Of a stretch of 64,000 nucleotides of DNA, positions 16,866-26,716 are shown piece after piece. Position numbers and translations under genes: made by a program. The notes below the pieces were generated by a model. It had not been told where the DNA came from, ran no database searches, and saw only the letters and a list, made by a program, of their open reading frames with translations. Numbering within the stretch: position 1 is the stretch's first letter; every line of letters starts with the position of its first letter. Location of the stretch: NCBI GenBank assembly GCA_965200965.1, contig OZ241744.1, positions 2,624,001 through 2,688,000 of the forward strand, in the 5' to 3' direction. The stretch is from an uncultured Candidatus Binatia bacterium (lineage in GTDB: Bacteria > Desulfobacterota > Binatia > Bin18).

Positions 16866-19800
16866 ATGAAACCGGTTGCTGAGAATGTCAAGTTCCCCGA
16901 GGTCGAGCTGGAAGTCCTCCAATTCTGGGACGAGGCCAAGGTTTTTGAAAACACGCTGAAAAAAACCCGGGATCAGCAGCCGTTCATTTTTTATGACGGC
17001 CCGCCGTTTGCCACCGGCCTGCCGCACTATGGCCATCTGCTGGCCGGCACGATCAAAGACATCATTCCCCGCTTCTGGACCATGCGTGGCCGCTATGTGG
17101 ACCGGCGTTTCGGCTGGGACTGTCACGGCCTGCCGGTCGAAATGGAAATTGAGCAAGCCCTGGATTTGCACGGCAAAAGCGAGATTGAGCGCTTTGGGGT
17201 AGCCAGGTTTAACGCCGAGTGCCGCAAAATTGTGCTGCGCTATACCGAAGAGTGGGAAAAGACCGTGCGCCGGACCGGGCGCTGGGTTGATTTTCGGAAC
17301 GACTACCGGACGATGGACCTGTCGTTCATGGAAACGGTATGGTGGGCGCTCCGACAGATGTGGGACAAAGACCTGGTCTACGAGGGCTCGAAGGTCCTGC
17401 CCTTCTCAACCCGGCTGGGAACCGTGCTGTCAAACTTTGAGGCCAACCTGAACTACAAAGATGTCCAGGACCCGACCGTCACCGTCCGTTTTGCCGCGGA
17501 CGACGAAGAAAAGACATCGTTCCTCGCCTGGACCACCACGCCGTGGACCCTGCCCAGCAATCTGGCCCTGGCTGTCGGCCCGGACATTGCGTATGTCAAG
17601 GTCCGAGACCATGAGGACGGCACCCATTACATTCTGGCCGAGGCGCGGCTCGCAACCTATTTCCCCAAGCCCGGGACCTGCACCCTTGTCCAGCGCTATA
17701 CCGGGCGGGACTTGGTCGGCCGGGGCTATCGACCCGTATTCCCGTATTTTGCCGAGCACAAACAGCGCGCCGCCTTCCGTCTGATCGCTGCCGATTATGT
17801 CACCACCGAAGACGGAACCGGCATTGTCCACATTGCCCCGGCTTTTGGCGAGGACGACTTCCTGGCCTGTCAGCAGGCCGGCATTGCGTTGGTCAATCCG
17901 GTTGACGACGAGGGAAAGTTTACCGCCCAAGTCCCTGACTTCGCCGGCCTGCACGTCAAAGAGGCCGACGCCAGGATCATCGCCCATCTCAAACGCGACA
18001 AGCAGCTCGTCCACCAGGGCACAATTTTTCACAGCTACCCCTACTGCTGGCGGAGCGACACCCCGCTCATCTACCGGGCGGTGAATACCTGGTTTGTCCG
18101 GGTAGAAGCCTTCCGCGATCGGCTGGTGGCCAATAATCAGCGCACGACCTGGGTGCCAGAGCACCTGCGCGATGGCCGCTTTGGCAAGTGGCTGGAGAAC
18201 GCCCGCGACTGGGCAATCAGCCGCAACCGCTATTGGGGCACGCCGCTGCCGATCTGGAAGAGCGAGGACGGCAGCGAAGTCGTGTGTATCGGCAGCGTTG
18301 AGGAGTTGGCCCAAAGAGCCGGCGTGCGGGTCACTGACCTGCACCGCGAGTATGTCGATGCTCTGAGCTTTCCGTCCACAACCGGGGGCCTGATGCGCCG
18401 TGTCCCCCAGGTGTTTGACTGCTGGTTCGAAAGCGGCTCCATGCCCTACGCCCAGTTGCACTACCCGTTTGACAATGCCGAGCGTTTTTCGCGCACCTTT
18501 CCCGCCGACTTCATTGCCGAGGGGCTCGATCAGACCCGGGGCTGGTTCTATACCCTGATGGTGGTGGCCTCAGCCCTGTTTGACAAACCAGCCTTCCACA
18601 ACGTTGTCGTCAACGGCCTGGTCCTGGCCGAAGACGGCAAAAAAATGAGCAAACGGCTCAAAAACTATCCCGAACCTGACGAGATCATGGCCCAACACGG
18701 CGCGGACGCCATGCGGCTCTATCTCATCAACTCGCCCCTGGTCCGGGCTGAGGAGCTGCGGTTCAGCGAGCACGGCGTGCGCGATACCGTGCGCCGGCTG
18801 CTGCTGCCGTGGTGGAACGCATATAAGTTTTTTGTCACCTACGCCCTGGTTGACGGCTGGAAGCCCGAGCGCGTCCCGGCTGAAGCGTCCCCGAACATCC
18901 TGGACCGCTGGATCGTGTCCCGGCAGCAAACCCTGATCCGGCGCGTCAACGCCGAGATGGAAGCCTACCGGCTGTATACGGTGGTGCCGGCCCTGCTCGA
19001 CTTTCTGAACGAGCTGACCAACTGGTATGTGCGCCTGGGCCGCCGCCGCTTCTGGGCCGGTACCCCGGCGGACAAAAACTTCGCCTGCCGCAGCCTGCAC
19101 CAGGTCTTAGTAACCTTCTCAAAGCTGATGGCCCCGTTTACGCCGTTTCTGGCCGATGCGGTCTACCGCAACCTGAGCACCCTCCAGCCGGAGCGGGCCG
19201 CGGCCAGCGTCCATCTTGAAGACTTCCCCAGCTATGACCCCGCCGCGGTTGATGCCGGCCTTGAGGACGCGGTGGCCCGGATGCAGCGCGTTATCCTGCT
19301 GGGCCGCAGCCGGCGCAATGAGCGCAAGGTCAAGGTCCGCATCCCCCTCCAAACGCTCACCGTTCTCCATCGCCAGGAGTCCGTGCTGAATGACTTGAAA
19401 CCGCTCGAAGGCTATATCCGTGAAGAACTGAACGTCAAAACCCTTGCCTACAGTACAGCCGAAGACGAAAAAGTAGAGTTGCGCGCCAAACCCAACCCGC
19501 AGTTGCTCGGCCCGCGTTTCGGCAGGGCCTTCGGCCAGGTCCGCGAGCAACTGGCGACCCTCAGCCGGGAGCAGATGTTGCGCCTGGAAGCCGGCCAGTC
19601 CTTGCAGTTCAGCGGCCACGCCTTTCAGCCGGATGAGGTCCACATCCTGCGCCAAGCCAAGGATGGCGTCCCCGATGTCCACTCCGATCGGTTTATCTCT
19701 ATTGAGTTTCCGTGCGAGTTGAACGACGAGCTGCTCAGCGAGGGTCTGGCCCGCGAAGTGGTCCACCTGATTCAACACATGCGCAAAGAGGCCGGCTATC

Positions 19801-19997
19801 AGGTCGAAGACCGTATTGCCGTGACCTACCAGGCTGCTCCGCAACTGGCAAGCGCTATTGGTCGCCACCTGAGCTATATCCAGCAGGAAACCCTGGCTCG
19901 GTCGCTCGCCCGGGCGCAGCCGACCGGCGACCGGGTTGAAAGTGGGGATATCGACGGGGCCGCAATTACGCTTGGAGTCCAGCGCGAAGAGGAGTGA
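16866..19997 (+). CDS. ileS: Isoleucine--tRNA ligase (type 2)
   Basis: DGPPFATGLPHYGH, GWDCHGLP, WTTTPWTLP, EGLDQTRGWF, KMSKR. Confidence 0.96.
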   Translation: MKPVAENVKFPEVELEVLQFWDEAKVFENTLKKTRDQQPFIFYDGPPFATGLPHYGHLLAGTIKDIIPRFWTMRGRYVDRRFGWDCHGLPVEMEIEQALDLHGKSEIERFGVARFNAECRKIVLRYTEEWEKTVRRTGRWVDFRNDYRTMDLSFMETVWWALRQMWDKDLVYEGSKVLPFSTRLGTVLSNFEANLNYKDVQDPTVTVRFAADDEEKTSFLAWTTTPWTLPSNLALAVGPDIAYVKVRDHEDGTHYILAEARLATYFPKPGTCTLVQRYTGRDLVGRGYRPVFPYFAEHKQRAAFRLIAADYVTTEDGTGIVHIAPAFGEDDFLACQQAGIALVNPVDDEGKFTAQVPDFAGLHVKEADARIIAHLKRDKQLVHQGTIFHSYPYCWRSDTPLIYRAVNTWFVRVEAFRDRLVANNQRTTWVPEHLRDGRFGKWLENARDWAISRNRYWGTPLPIWKSEDGSEVVCIGSVEELAQRAGVRVTDLHREYVDALSFPSTTGGLMRRVPQVFDCWFESGSMPYAQLHYPFDNAERFSRTFPADFIAEGLDQTRGWFYTLMVVASALFDKPAFHNVVVNGLVLAEDGKKMSKRLKNYPEPDEIMAQHGADAMRLYLINSPLVRAEELRFSEHGVRDTVRRLLLPWWNAYKFFVTYALVDGWKPERVPAEASPNILDRWIVSRQQTLIRRVNAEMEAYRLYTVVPALLDFLNELTNWYVRLGRRRFWAGTPADKNFACRSLHQVLVTFSKLMAPFTPFLADAVYRNLSTLQPERAAASVHLEDFPSYDPAAVDAGLEDAVARMQRVILLGRSRRNERKVKVRIPLQTLTVLHRQESVLNDLKPLEGYIREELNVKTLAYSTAEDEKVELRAKPNPQLLGPRFGRAFGQVREQLATLSREQMLRLEAGQSLQFSGHAFQPDEVHILRQAKDGVPDVHSDRFISIEFPCELNDELLSEGLAREVVHLIQHMRKEAGYQVEDRIAVTYQAAPQLASAIGRHLSYIQQETLARSLARAQPTGDRVESGDIDGAAITLGVQREEE

Positions 19998-20035
19998 ACA
20001 CGTCATCAGATCGAAAGGTGACATGTTCACTCCTT
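19989..20035 (+). repeat. 47-bp variant of the palindromic element overlapping the ileS stop
   Basis: gaggagtgaac-ACGTC-atcagatcgaaaggt-GACAT-gttcactcctt. Confidence 0.65.
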
Positions 20036-20049
20036 GCGGCCAGCCAGCA

Positions 20050-20565
20050 ATGCCGATGAGTACCAGCTTCCGCTCAGCATCCACTATCGTGGTGGCGATT
20101 GTGGCCCTCGATCAGTTCAGCAAGTATCTGATCGATTCCTCCATGACGCTCTACCAGTCGCGCGAGATTATCAGCGGGGTGCTGGCCCTGACCTATGTGC
20201 GCAATCCCGGCGCAGCCTTTGGCCTGCTGGCCCAGGCCCCGGCTTGGTTTCGTCAGCCCTTCTTCTACCTGACCAGCGGGCTCGCGATTGTCATTCTGGG
20301 GATCTTTCTGCGTCGGCTGGGCGAGCGCGAACGGCTGGCCCGGTTGGCCCTGGTGGCGATCCTGGGCGGGGCGCTCGGCAATCTGATTGACCGCATTCGG
20401 TTTGGCTATGTGATCGATTTTGTCGATATCTCATGGCAGGGCTATCACTGGCCGGCCTTTAATGTAGCCGACTCGTGCATCACGCTGGGCATGATCGGCC
20501 TGCTGTGGTCATCGCTGCGCGGCACGGCCTCACCCCCGCCCGGCCAGGTCGCGGTTTTCTATTGA
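20050..20565 (+). CDS. lspA: Lipoprotein signal peptidase II
   Basis: DQFSK, NPGAAFG, GGALGNLIDR, VIDF, FNVADSCI; exact start uncertain. Confidence 0.93.
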   Translation: MPMSTSFRSASTIVVAIVALDQFSKYLIDSSMTLYQSREIISGVLALTYVRNPGAAFGLLAQAPAWFRQPFFYLTSGLAIVILGIFLRRLGERERLARLALVAILGGALGNLIDRIRFGYVIDFVDISWQGYHWPAFNVADSCITLGMIGLLWSSLRGTASPPPGQVAVFY

Positions 20566-20590
20566 CGTGTTTCAGACGGCTCAGTAACAT
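20562..20590 (+). promoter_or_regulatory. Sigma70-type promoter
   Basis: TTGACG-17 bp-TAACAT, followed by an aaggagg RBS and ATG at 20613. Confidence 0.6.
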
Positions 20591-20612
20591 AGCCAACACA
20601 AGGAGGTGGCTT

Positions 20613-21005
20613 ATGAGGATGCAAGGAGGCGTTCGCGCCGGACAGGACAGCGCCGTCCCACGCAGGGCAGGCATGGTGCTGCTGGCGGCCGTGGCGCTGC
20701 TGGTCGGCTGCTCCCAGCCCTTGAGCACGCGCGAGAAAAGCACAATCGGCGGCGGCCTGATCGGCGGCGCGGCCGGCTCGCTTATTGGTGCGGCAGTAGG
20801 CAATCCGGGCGCTGGCGCGGCAATTGGCACCGCCCTGGGGGCCGGAACCGGTGCCCTGTACGGCGACAAGGTGCAGGGACAAGAGAGCCTGCAGGCCCAG
20901 CAGCAGCAACAGCTCCAACAGAATGAACTGGAACTCCAACGTCAGCGTCAGGAGTTGGAACGGCTCAGGCAGCAGCAACAGCGCCGCTATGACGATGACT
21001 ACTGA
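20613..21005 (+). CDS. Glycine-zipper lipoprotein with Gln-rich coiled coil
   Basis: LVGC lipobox, GxxxG zipper, Q-rich tail. Confidence 0.75.
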   Translation: MRMQGGVRAGQDSAVPRRAGMVLLAAVALLVGCSQPLSTREKSTIGGGLIGGAAGSLIGAAVGNPGAGAAIGTALGAGTGALYGDKVQGQESLQAQQQQQLQQNELELQRQRQELERLRQQQQRRYDDDY

Positions 21006-21795
21006 TTGGGCAGTCTGGCGCGAACTCGACCGGTTGATACGATGTGGACTCGCAGCCGGCAGGCAGCGAGTCCACCCCCGCAAACATCGGCCCGTCTTGC
21101 GGGGGCTGGCCCTTGTCGCCGTGCTGCTGCTGGTCGGCTGCTCCCAGCCCCTCACCACGCGCCAGAAGAGTACCGGAGCCGGTGCCTTGCTGGGCGGTGC
21201 GACCGGGGCCATTATCGGTGCCGCGGTCGGCAAACCGGCCGCGGGCGCGGCGATTGGCACCGCTCTTGGGGCTGGAACCGGCGCGATGGTCGGAGACCGG
21301 ATGCAGCAGCGTGACACCGAGATTGCCCAGCAGCAGGGGCAGATCCAACGCCAGAGCCAGGAGCTGGCCCGCAACCGACAACTCCTGGAAGAACTCAAAC
21401 GCCAGGGGCTTGAGGCTGAAGAGACCTCGCGGGGGGTGGTGGTCAACCTGCCGGATGTGTTGTTCCAGTTCGGCCAAGCCAGCCTGACGCCCCAAGCGCG
21501 TAACCGGGTGGCCGATATTTCGACGATACTGAAAACGCAGGCCCAGGGTCGGCGGGTGTCGGTTGAGGGCCATACCGATTCGGTCGGCAGCGAGGAGACC
21601 AATCAGCGTTTATCCGAGCAGCGCGCCGCCAGCGTGGTCGATGCGCTGACGGTCAACGGTGTGGTCCGCAGCCGGGTCAGCGTCAAGGGCTATGGAGAAC
21701 GCTATCCGGTCGCGCCCAACAGCAACCCGGACGGCAGCGATAACCCGAGCGGACGGGCGAAAAACAGACGGGTTGAGGTCGTGATCGAAAATTAG
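20989..21795 (+). CDS. OmpA-family lipoprotein with glycine zipper
   Basis: LVGC lipobox, glycine zipper, VEGHTDS, NQRLSEQRA, NRRVEV. Confidence 0.88.
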   Translation: MTMTTDWAVWRELDRLIRCGLAAGRQRVHPRKHRPVLRGLALVAVLLLVGCSQPLTTRQKSTGAGALLGGATGAIIGAAVGKPAAGAAIGTALGAGTGAMVGDRMQQRDTEIAQQQGQIQRQSQELARNRQLLEELKRQGLEAEETSRGVVVNLPDVLFQFGQASLTPQARNRVADISTILKTQAQGRRVSVEGHTDSVGSEETNQRLSEQRAASVVDALTVNGVVRSRVSVKGYGERYPVAPNSNPDGSDNPSGRAKNRRVEVVIEN

Positions 21796-21799
21796 CCCC

Positions 21800-22057
21800 A
21801 TGACGCCGGAACTGACCGCCATCCTCACTGCCACTGTGGCCCTGGCCGGGCTGATCCTGACCGGCAACCGCTCTCTGGGTCAGCGGATGGACCGGCTGGA
21901 GGCGCGGATGGATCGGATAGAAGGCCGCATGGACCGGATGGATAGCCGCATGGACCGGATAGAGGCGCGGATTGGTGGCGTGGAGCGGGAGCAGGCCCAC
22001 CTGGCCGGGCTGCTTGAGGGGCTGCGGGAGGCGATCAGCGGCCACCGGGCGGCCTGA
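21800..22057 (+). CDS. Small TM + heptad-repeat coiled-coil protein
   Basis: Hydrophobic N-terminus followed by RMDRLEA-type heptads encoded by 21-bp repeats. Confidence 0.7.
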   Translation: MTPELTAILTATVALAGLILTGNRSLGQRMDRLEARMDRIEGRMDRMDSRMDRIEARIGGVEREQAHLAGLLEGLREAISGHRAA

Positions 22058-22076
22058 GCACCGGCTCAGCCGCTCT

Positions 22077-23498
22077 TTACATCTGCTCTTCTTCGAGGGC
22101 GGCTTCTGCGTCGGTGGCCTCGTCGTCGGCCGCTTCGGCCGGCGCTTCCCAGAAGTCGGCGGGTGTTTTGTTCAGACGCTCAAAGACATAATCCCGGAGT
22201 TCAAAAACGGTCTGGCCGTCCTCGGCCATAGCAAAGGTCCGGGTCATGTCATCGCCGCCGGTCTGGCCGATCAGCAGGCCGGCCAGCTTTTCTTCAGCTT
22301 GGTCATAGGCCCGGATGGTCAGCAGCGGCTCGCTCAGACCATAGCCGCCTCTGTCGTCGGGATTGTCCGCGGCAATAGTAAATCCCTTCAGTTCGTGCAT
22401 GTCGGTGACAAACTGGGCCAGCGCGTTTTCTTTGAGCGTCCCGGCCTGGGTGGCATCGATCTGCCATTGCTCGTCCTCGGCTTGGGTCAGCAGAAACCCG
22501 TCCCCATCCTGACGTTGGACCTCAAGCCGCACGGCCGCCTCCTTGGTAAACCGCACCACCGTCTTGTCCCGAAAGTCGTTTGTAGTTTTATTGAGATCAC
22601 CAAAGGTCCAGTCGCCGACCAGATACAGGACTGCGGCGTCTTCGCGTTTCACATGGCGCTGTTTGGTACCGTGGGCGGCTGATTTTTCACCGCCGACCAG
22701 CAGGCGCAGCGGGGGTGAGGCTTCCGCCACGGTCAGGCCGACCGACAGCTGCGGCGGGTCAAGGCCGAACTCTTTGAGTTCCGGTCCGGGCTGTTCAATG
22801 AAGTCCTGGGCACGCATCCCGCTCAGGGACGACAAAAAGGTGCTGACGGTGGCCTCGTCCGCCGGCCGGTCCTGGTCAAGCCTCCAACCGTCGGCGGTTT
22901 TGCGCAGGATGACCGCCGGCTCGGCTGCCGCGGGGCGGCGCACTTCAATCCGGCTGACCCGCTCCTTGTCAAAGGCCAGGACCGTCTTGTCACGCAGGTC
23001 TTTGGTCTCTTTGGTCATGCCCAGCCGGAAGGACTGGGGGGTGAGCAGAATGCTGTCTTCCCCCGCCCGCTGAACATAGACCGAATAGCCGACCGGGGTA
23101 TCTTTGCCAATGGTGACAGGGGGCAACTCGCCGTCCCCGAGCCTGAGCTGAACGGTGACCGCGGGGGTGTCAAGGCCGTACAACGCCAAGTCCGGCTGGG
23201 GTTCGTCAAGCGTCCGGGAGACCTCGGCCTCGTCCACCGCTTTGACCAGATTTTCGACCGCCGGGCTGTCGGCCCGGGCCTCGATCGGCTGGGTGATGTG
23301 CCAGCCGTCATCGTCTTTTGCCAGGTGCAGCTCGCGATCGGGATAGACCAGGACTACCTGAGTTACGGCTTCCGGGTCAAACTCAAGCAGGGTCTTGGCG
23401 TCTTCTTCGGCCTGCCGGCGGTCCAGATCGATAAAGTAGATATAGCCGCCGAGTCCGAGCAGGACGGCCAGCAGCAGCAGGGTCGAGCGTGGATTCAT
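22077..23498 (-). CDS. DUF4340 domain protein
   Basis: N-terminal TM, three repeats with YGL..P and RDKT motifs; last gene of the Gld-like ABC operon. Confidence 0.8.
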   Translation of the reverse strand: MNPRSTLLLLAVLLGLGGYIYFIDLDRRQAEEDAKTLLEFDPEAVTQVVLVYPDRELHLAKDDDGWHITQPIEARADSPAVENLVKAVDEAEVSRTLDEPQPDLALYGLDTPAVTVQLRLGDGELPPVTIGKDTPVGYSVYVQRAGEDSILLTPQSFRLGMTKETKDLRDKTVLAFDKERVSRIEVRRPAAAEPAVILRKTADGWRLDQDRPADEATVSTFLSSLSGMRAQDFIEQPGPELKEFGLDPPQLSVGLTVAEASPPLRLLVGGEKSAAHGTKQRHVKREDAAVLYLVGDWTFGDLNKTTNDFRDKTVVRFTKEAAVRLEVQRQDGDGFLLTQAEDEQWQIDATQAGTLKENALAQFVTDMHELKGFTIAADNPDDRGGYGLSEPLLTIRAYDQAEEKLAGLLIGQTGGDDMTRTFAMAEDGQTVFELRDYVFERLNKTPADFWEAPAEAADDEATDAEAALEEEQM

Positions 23499-25066
23499 CG
23501 GCGACTCCACCACACGGCCAGACCGGCCAGCAGCAGGATCTCGGGCAGAATCAGAACCGACAGATAGAAGATGGCCGTTCCCTGCTCCTGGGTGAACTGG
23601 ACCCGTGAGGCCCGCAGGGTGCGCGGCCGGACCGAGATCAGTTCTTCCTCGCCGCCCAGCCAGCTGACGGTATTCAGGAGCAAATCGCGGTTGAAGTACT
23701 GATGGATGTACTGATTGCTGGCAAAGTCGGCGTTGCCAAACACAGCCAGCCGGGCGCTGCCCTCCTGCTCGGTGTCCATCTCTTTGAGGTTGGCGGTCAG
23801 GGCGACGGCGAGCGAGATGGGGCCGAGGCGGTCCTGCTCGTCAATGGCGGCCGTCTGGTTCTGAAAAATGCCCTCCAGGTCGGTCTCGGCCCAGGAGTTG
23901 GGACCGGTCTGGGCCAGACTGACCGGCGACGGCCCGGCCTGCCCTTCTCCATCAGCCGGAACCGGGGGAGCGATCGGCTCGACCGACCGCGAAATGCCAT
24001 ATGAGGTCAGGGCCGCGCCGCCGCGCCGACCCAGTTCAGCGGTGATGGGGTGCTGGCCATAGCTGGTGACGACCGGGGTGAGGGTGAAGGTCCGTCCGCG
24101 CAAGAGTTCAAGCTGTTCGTCCACAATCACATCGTTGCCGACCTGAACCCTCCAGTTCGCCAGGTAGTCTGACAGCTCTGGGGTAACGCGGGGACTGAGC
24201 AGAAAGAGGGCGTGGCCCTCCTGCTTGAGGTAGCGGTCAATGGCCTGGGTCTCGTGGGGCAGCAGCGAACGCTGGGCACCGGCGACAATGAGCACGCTGG
24301 CGTCGTCCGGCACCGCGGTATCTGGAGACAGGATCAGCGTCCTGACCGTGTAGCCTTCATTTTCCAGGGCGACTTTGAACTGGCCGTAGCCCTGGCCCTG
24401 CTCGTTATCCTCAATGCTGGGCTGGCCGTGACCCTCGACAAAGTAGACGGTTTTGGACTCGGCCTGGGCAACTTTGATGATCCCGTTGGTGATCGCTTCT
24501 TCGGAGATGCTGGTCACGACATTCGACCGCTCGCCATACTGTAAATGAATGGCCGGCAGGCTGGCGATCTGAAAGCGCTCGGCCAGGTCCGGGCGGGCGT
24601 CAGGGTCAACAATGGTGAACATCAGCCGGTCCGAGGCATAGCCATAGCTGGCCAGCAGGTCTTCAAGCTGGGGGTCGTCCCCGGCCTGGACAAAGGCGTT
24701 GATACGCAGCTCCCGCTCCAGGCTCTCTACGACCTGCTGCGACTGGGGAGACAGGCTGTAGACCCCGGCCTCGGTCAGATCAAAGCGATGATAGTAGCGT
24801 GTGCCGAGGTAGTTGAGGGCGATCAGCACGCCAAAAGCGACGAGGGAATACAGGGCCGCGTTGGCCCCATATTTTGTAGACCGCTCGCCCAGAAACGTCC
24901 ACAGGCTGTCTTTGGCCGAGGCAAAGTAGCCGATCAGGGCCAACAGGCCCAGCAGGCCGTGGATAAAGACATAGAGCGAGACAACGCGAGTCAGGTAATA
25001 GGCAATGCCGGCAAAGAGGAGCAGGATGACCCCGGCCACACCATAGAAGCCACCGAGATGCGGCAT
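23495..25066 (-). CDS. GldG-like ABC transporter auxiliary component
   Basis: DLT...YSLS, VYF.EGHG, NRDLLLN.VSWL, C-terminal TM. Confidence 0.85.
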   Translation of the reverse strand: MPHLGGFYGVAGVILLLFAGIAYYLTRVVSLYVFIHGLLGLLALIGYFASAKDSLWTFLGERSTKYGANAALYSLVAFGVLIALNYLGTRYYHRFDLTEAGVYSLSPQSQQVVESLERELRINAFVQAGDDPQLEDLLASYGYASDRLMFTIVDPDARPDLAERFQIASLPAIHLQYGERSNVVTSISEEAITNGIIKVAQAESKTVYFVEGHGQPSIEDNEQGQGYGQFKVALENEGYTVRTLILSPDTAVPDDASVLIVAGAQRSLLPHETQAIDRYLKQEGHALFLLSPRVTPELSDYLANWRVQVGNDVIVDEQLELLRGRTFTLTPVVTSYGQHPITAELGRRGGAALTSYGISRSVEPIAPPVPADGEGQAGPSPVSLAQTGPNSWAETDLEGIFQNQTAAIDEQDRLGPISLAVALTANLKEMDTEQEGSARLAVFGNADFASNQYIHQYFNRDLLLNTVSWLGGEEELISVRPRTLRASRVQFTQEQGTAIFYLSVLILPEILLLAGLAVWWSRR

Positions 25067-25071
25067 GGCAC

Positions 25072-25842
25072 TTACCTCCAGCGCAGCGATTCAACCGACC
25101 GCATGGTCAGGAACAGGGCCAGGCCGATCAGGCTGGCGAAATAGACCAGCGCCCGGGTGTCAATGACGCCCTTGACCAGCTCGGCAAAGTGATCAGTGAT
25201 GGACAGATAGGTGAGGATCGGGCCGAGCACATCGCCGGCGTTCTGGGCCGGCCAGCCAATGATGTACAGCAGCAGCATGACGACGAGGCCGCTGACCGCG
25301 GCGATAATCTGGTTTTCTGTCACCGAGGAGGTGAACAGCCCGACGGCCACAAAAGAGGTCGCCATCAGCAGCAGGCCGAGATAGCCGGTGGCCATGACCC
25401 GGACCTCTGGATTGCCGAACACCATAAGCAGAGCCGGGTAGATGGCGGTCAGGCCGATCAGCAGGCCGATAAACACAAAGGAGGCCAGAAATTTTCCCAG
25501 CACAATTTCCGTGGTGCGCAGCGGCGAGGTCAGCAGCAACTCATAGGTGCCGCCTTTTTTTTCCTCGGCAAAGGTCCGCATGGTAATCATGGGGATCAGG
25601 ATGACCAGGATGATCGACAGGTTGTTCATCAGTGGCGCGATCACAAAGTCGTTGAGGTTGAGTTGCTCGGCCGCTCCGGCCTGAAACTGGGTGTAAAGCG
25701 ACAGCAGGAGGTTGAAGCGTGAGAGCAGATTGAAGAAAAACCAGCCGCCCAGCAACAGAAAGCCGGTCAACACCACATAGGCCACCGGCGAGACAAAGTA
25801 CGAGCGGAGTTCCTTGCCGATAATCGTCCAGATGTTTCTCAT
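25072..25842 (-). CDS. GldF-like ABC-2 permease
   Basis: KELRSYFVSP, MRTFAEEK.GGT.ELLLT.P, GKF. Confidence 0.88.
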   Translation of the reverse strand: MRNIWTIIGKELRSYFVSPVAYVVLTGFLLLGGWFFFNLLSRFNLLLSLYTQFQAGAAEQLNLNDFVIAPLMNNLSIILVILIPMITMRTFAEEKKGGTYELLLTSPLRTTEIVLGKFLASFVFIGLLIGLTAIYPALLMVFGNPEVRVMATGYLGLLLMATSFVAVGLFTSSVTENQIIAAVSGLVVMLLLYIIGWPAQNAGDVLGPILTYLSITDHFAELVKGVIDTRALVYFASLIGLALFLTMRSVESLRWR

Positions 25843-26603
25843 GCTCCGCTCCCCTCCTCGTCCGTCTCCGCCGGTGTGTCGGATGGGGCCTGGGCGTCTT
25901 CCTGGGCGATGGCCCGCAAGAAGACATCTTCCAGCGATTGCCCCTCCGTCAGATGGGCCAGGGTATCTTCGAGCACGACTTGGCCGGAGCGTATGATGAC
26001 CACTTTTTCGCACACCTGGGCGACCTCGGGCAAAATGTGGGTGGACAGCACAACGGTATGCGATCCGGCCAACTCTCTGATGAGGGAGCGAATCTCGATG
26101 ATCTGCTGCGGGTCAAGCCCCACGGTTGGCTCGTCCAGGACCAGGACCGCAGGATTGTGAATGATCGCCTGGGCCAGCCCGACCCGCTGCCGAAAACCCT
26201 TGGACAGGTGTCCGGTCAGCCGCTTGACGACCTCAGTCAGCCCACAGCGGGTCACGGCTGTGTCGAGGGCGTCGCCAATCTCGGCCTTTCTCAACCCCTT
26301 GATCCGGGCCACAAAGCGCAGATACGCGCCAACGGTCATATCGGTGTACAGGGGCGGGCTTTCCGGCAAGTAGCCGATCCGCTTGCGCACCTCAAAGGAG
26401 TCGGTGAAAATATCGAACCCATCAACTTTGACCGTGCCGCTCGTCGCCGGCATGAAGCCGGTAATAATGCGCATGGTCGTGGTCTTGCCCGAGCCGTTGG
26501 GACCGAGGAAGCCGAGAATCTGACCCGTATCGACCTGAAAAGAGATATTCGAGACCGCGGTCAGTTCCCCGTAGCGTTTTGTCAGATGCTGTACTTCTAT
26601 CAT
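25839..26603 (-). CDS. GldA-like ABC ATPase
   Basis: GPNGSGKTT, LSKGFRQR, LDEPT, STH. Confidence 0.92.
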   Translation of the reverse strand: MIEVQHLTKRYGELTAVSNISFQVDTGQILGFLGPNGSGKTTTMRIITGFMPATSGTVKVDGFDIFTDSFEVRKRIGYLPESPPLYTDMTVGAYLRFVARIKGLRKAEIGDALDTAVTRCGLTEVVKRLTGHLSKGFRQRVGLAQAIIHNPAVLVLDEPTVGLDPQQIIEIRSLIRELAGSHTVVLSTHILPEVAQVCEKVVIIRSGQVVLEDTLAHLTEGQSLEDVFLRAIAQEDAQAPSDTPAETDEEGSGA

Positions 26604-26716
26604 GGCGTAGAACGCATGGGCGGCGTTTGAGATAGGGATTGTCCTGCGACTGTTGGCAGAAAGAAGGTAGTAATGCGCCGACAACTTGTCAAGCTGCCGA
26701 GCGGGGGCGGGTGGTA

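Noticed and set aside
21724-21775. Shared NPDGSDNP.GRAKNRRV sequence with the OmpA gene near 56260-56315
   Set aside because: Ordinary conservation between OmpA-domain paralogs.
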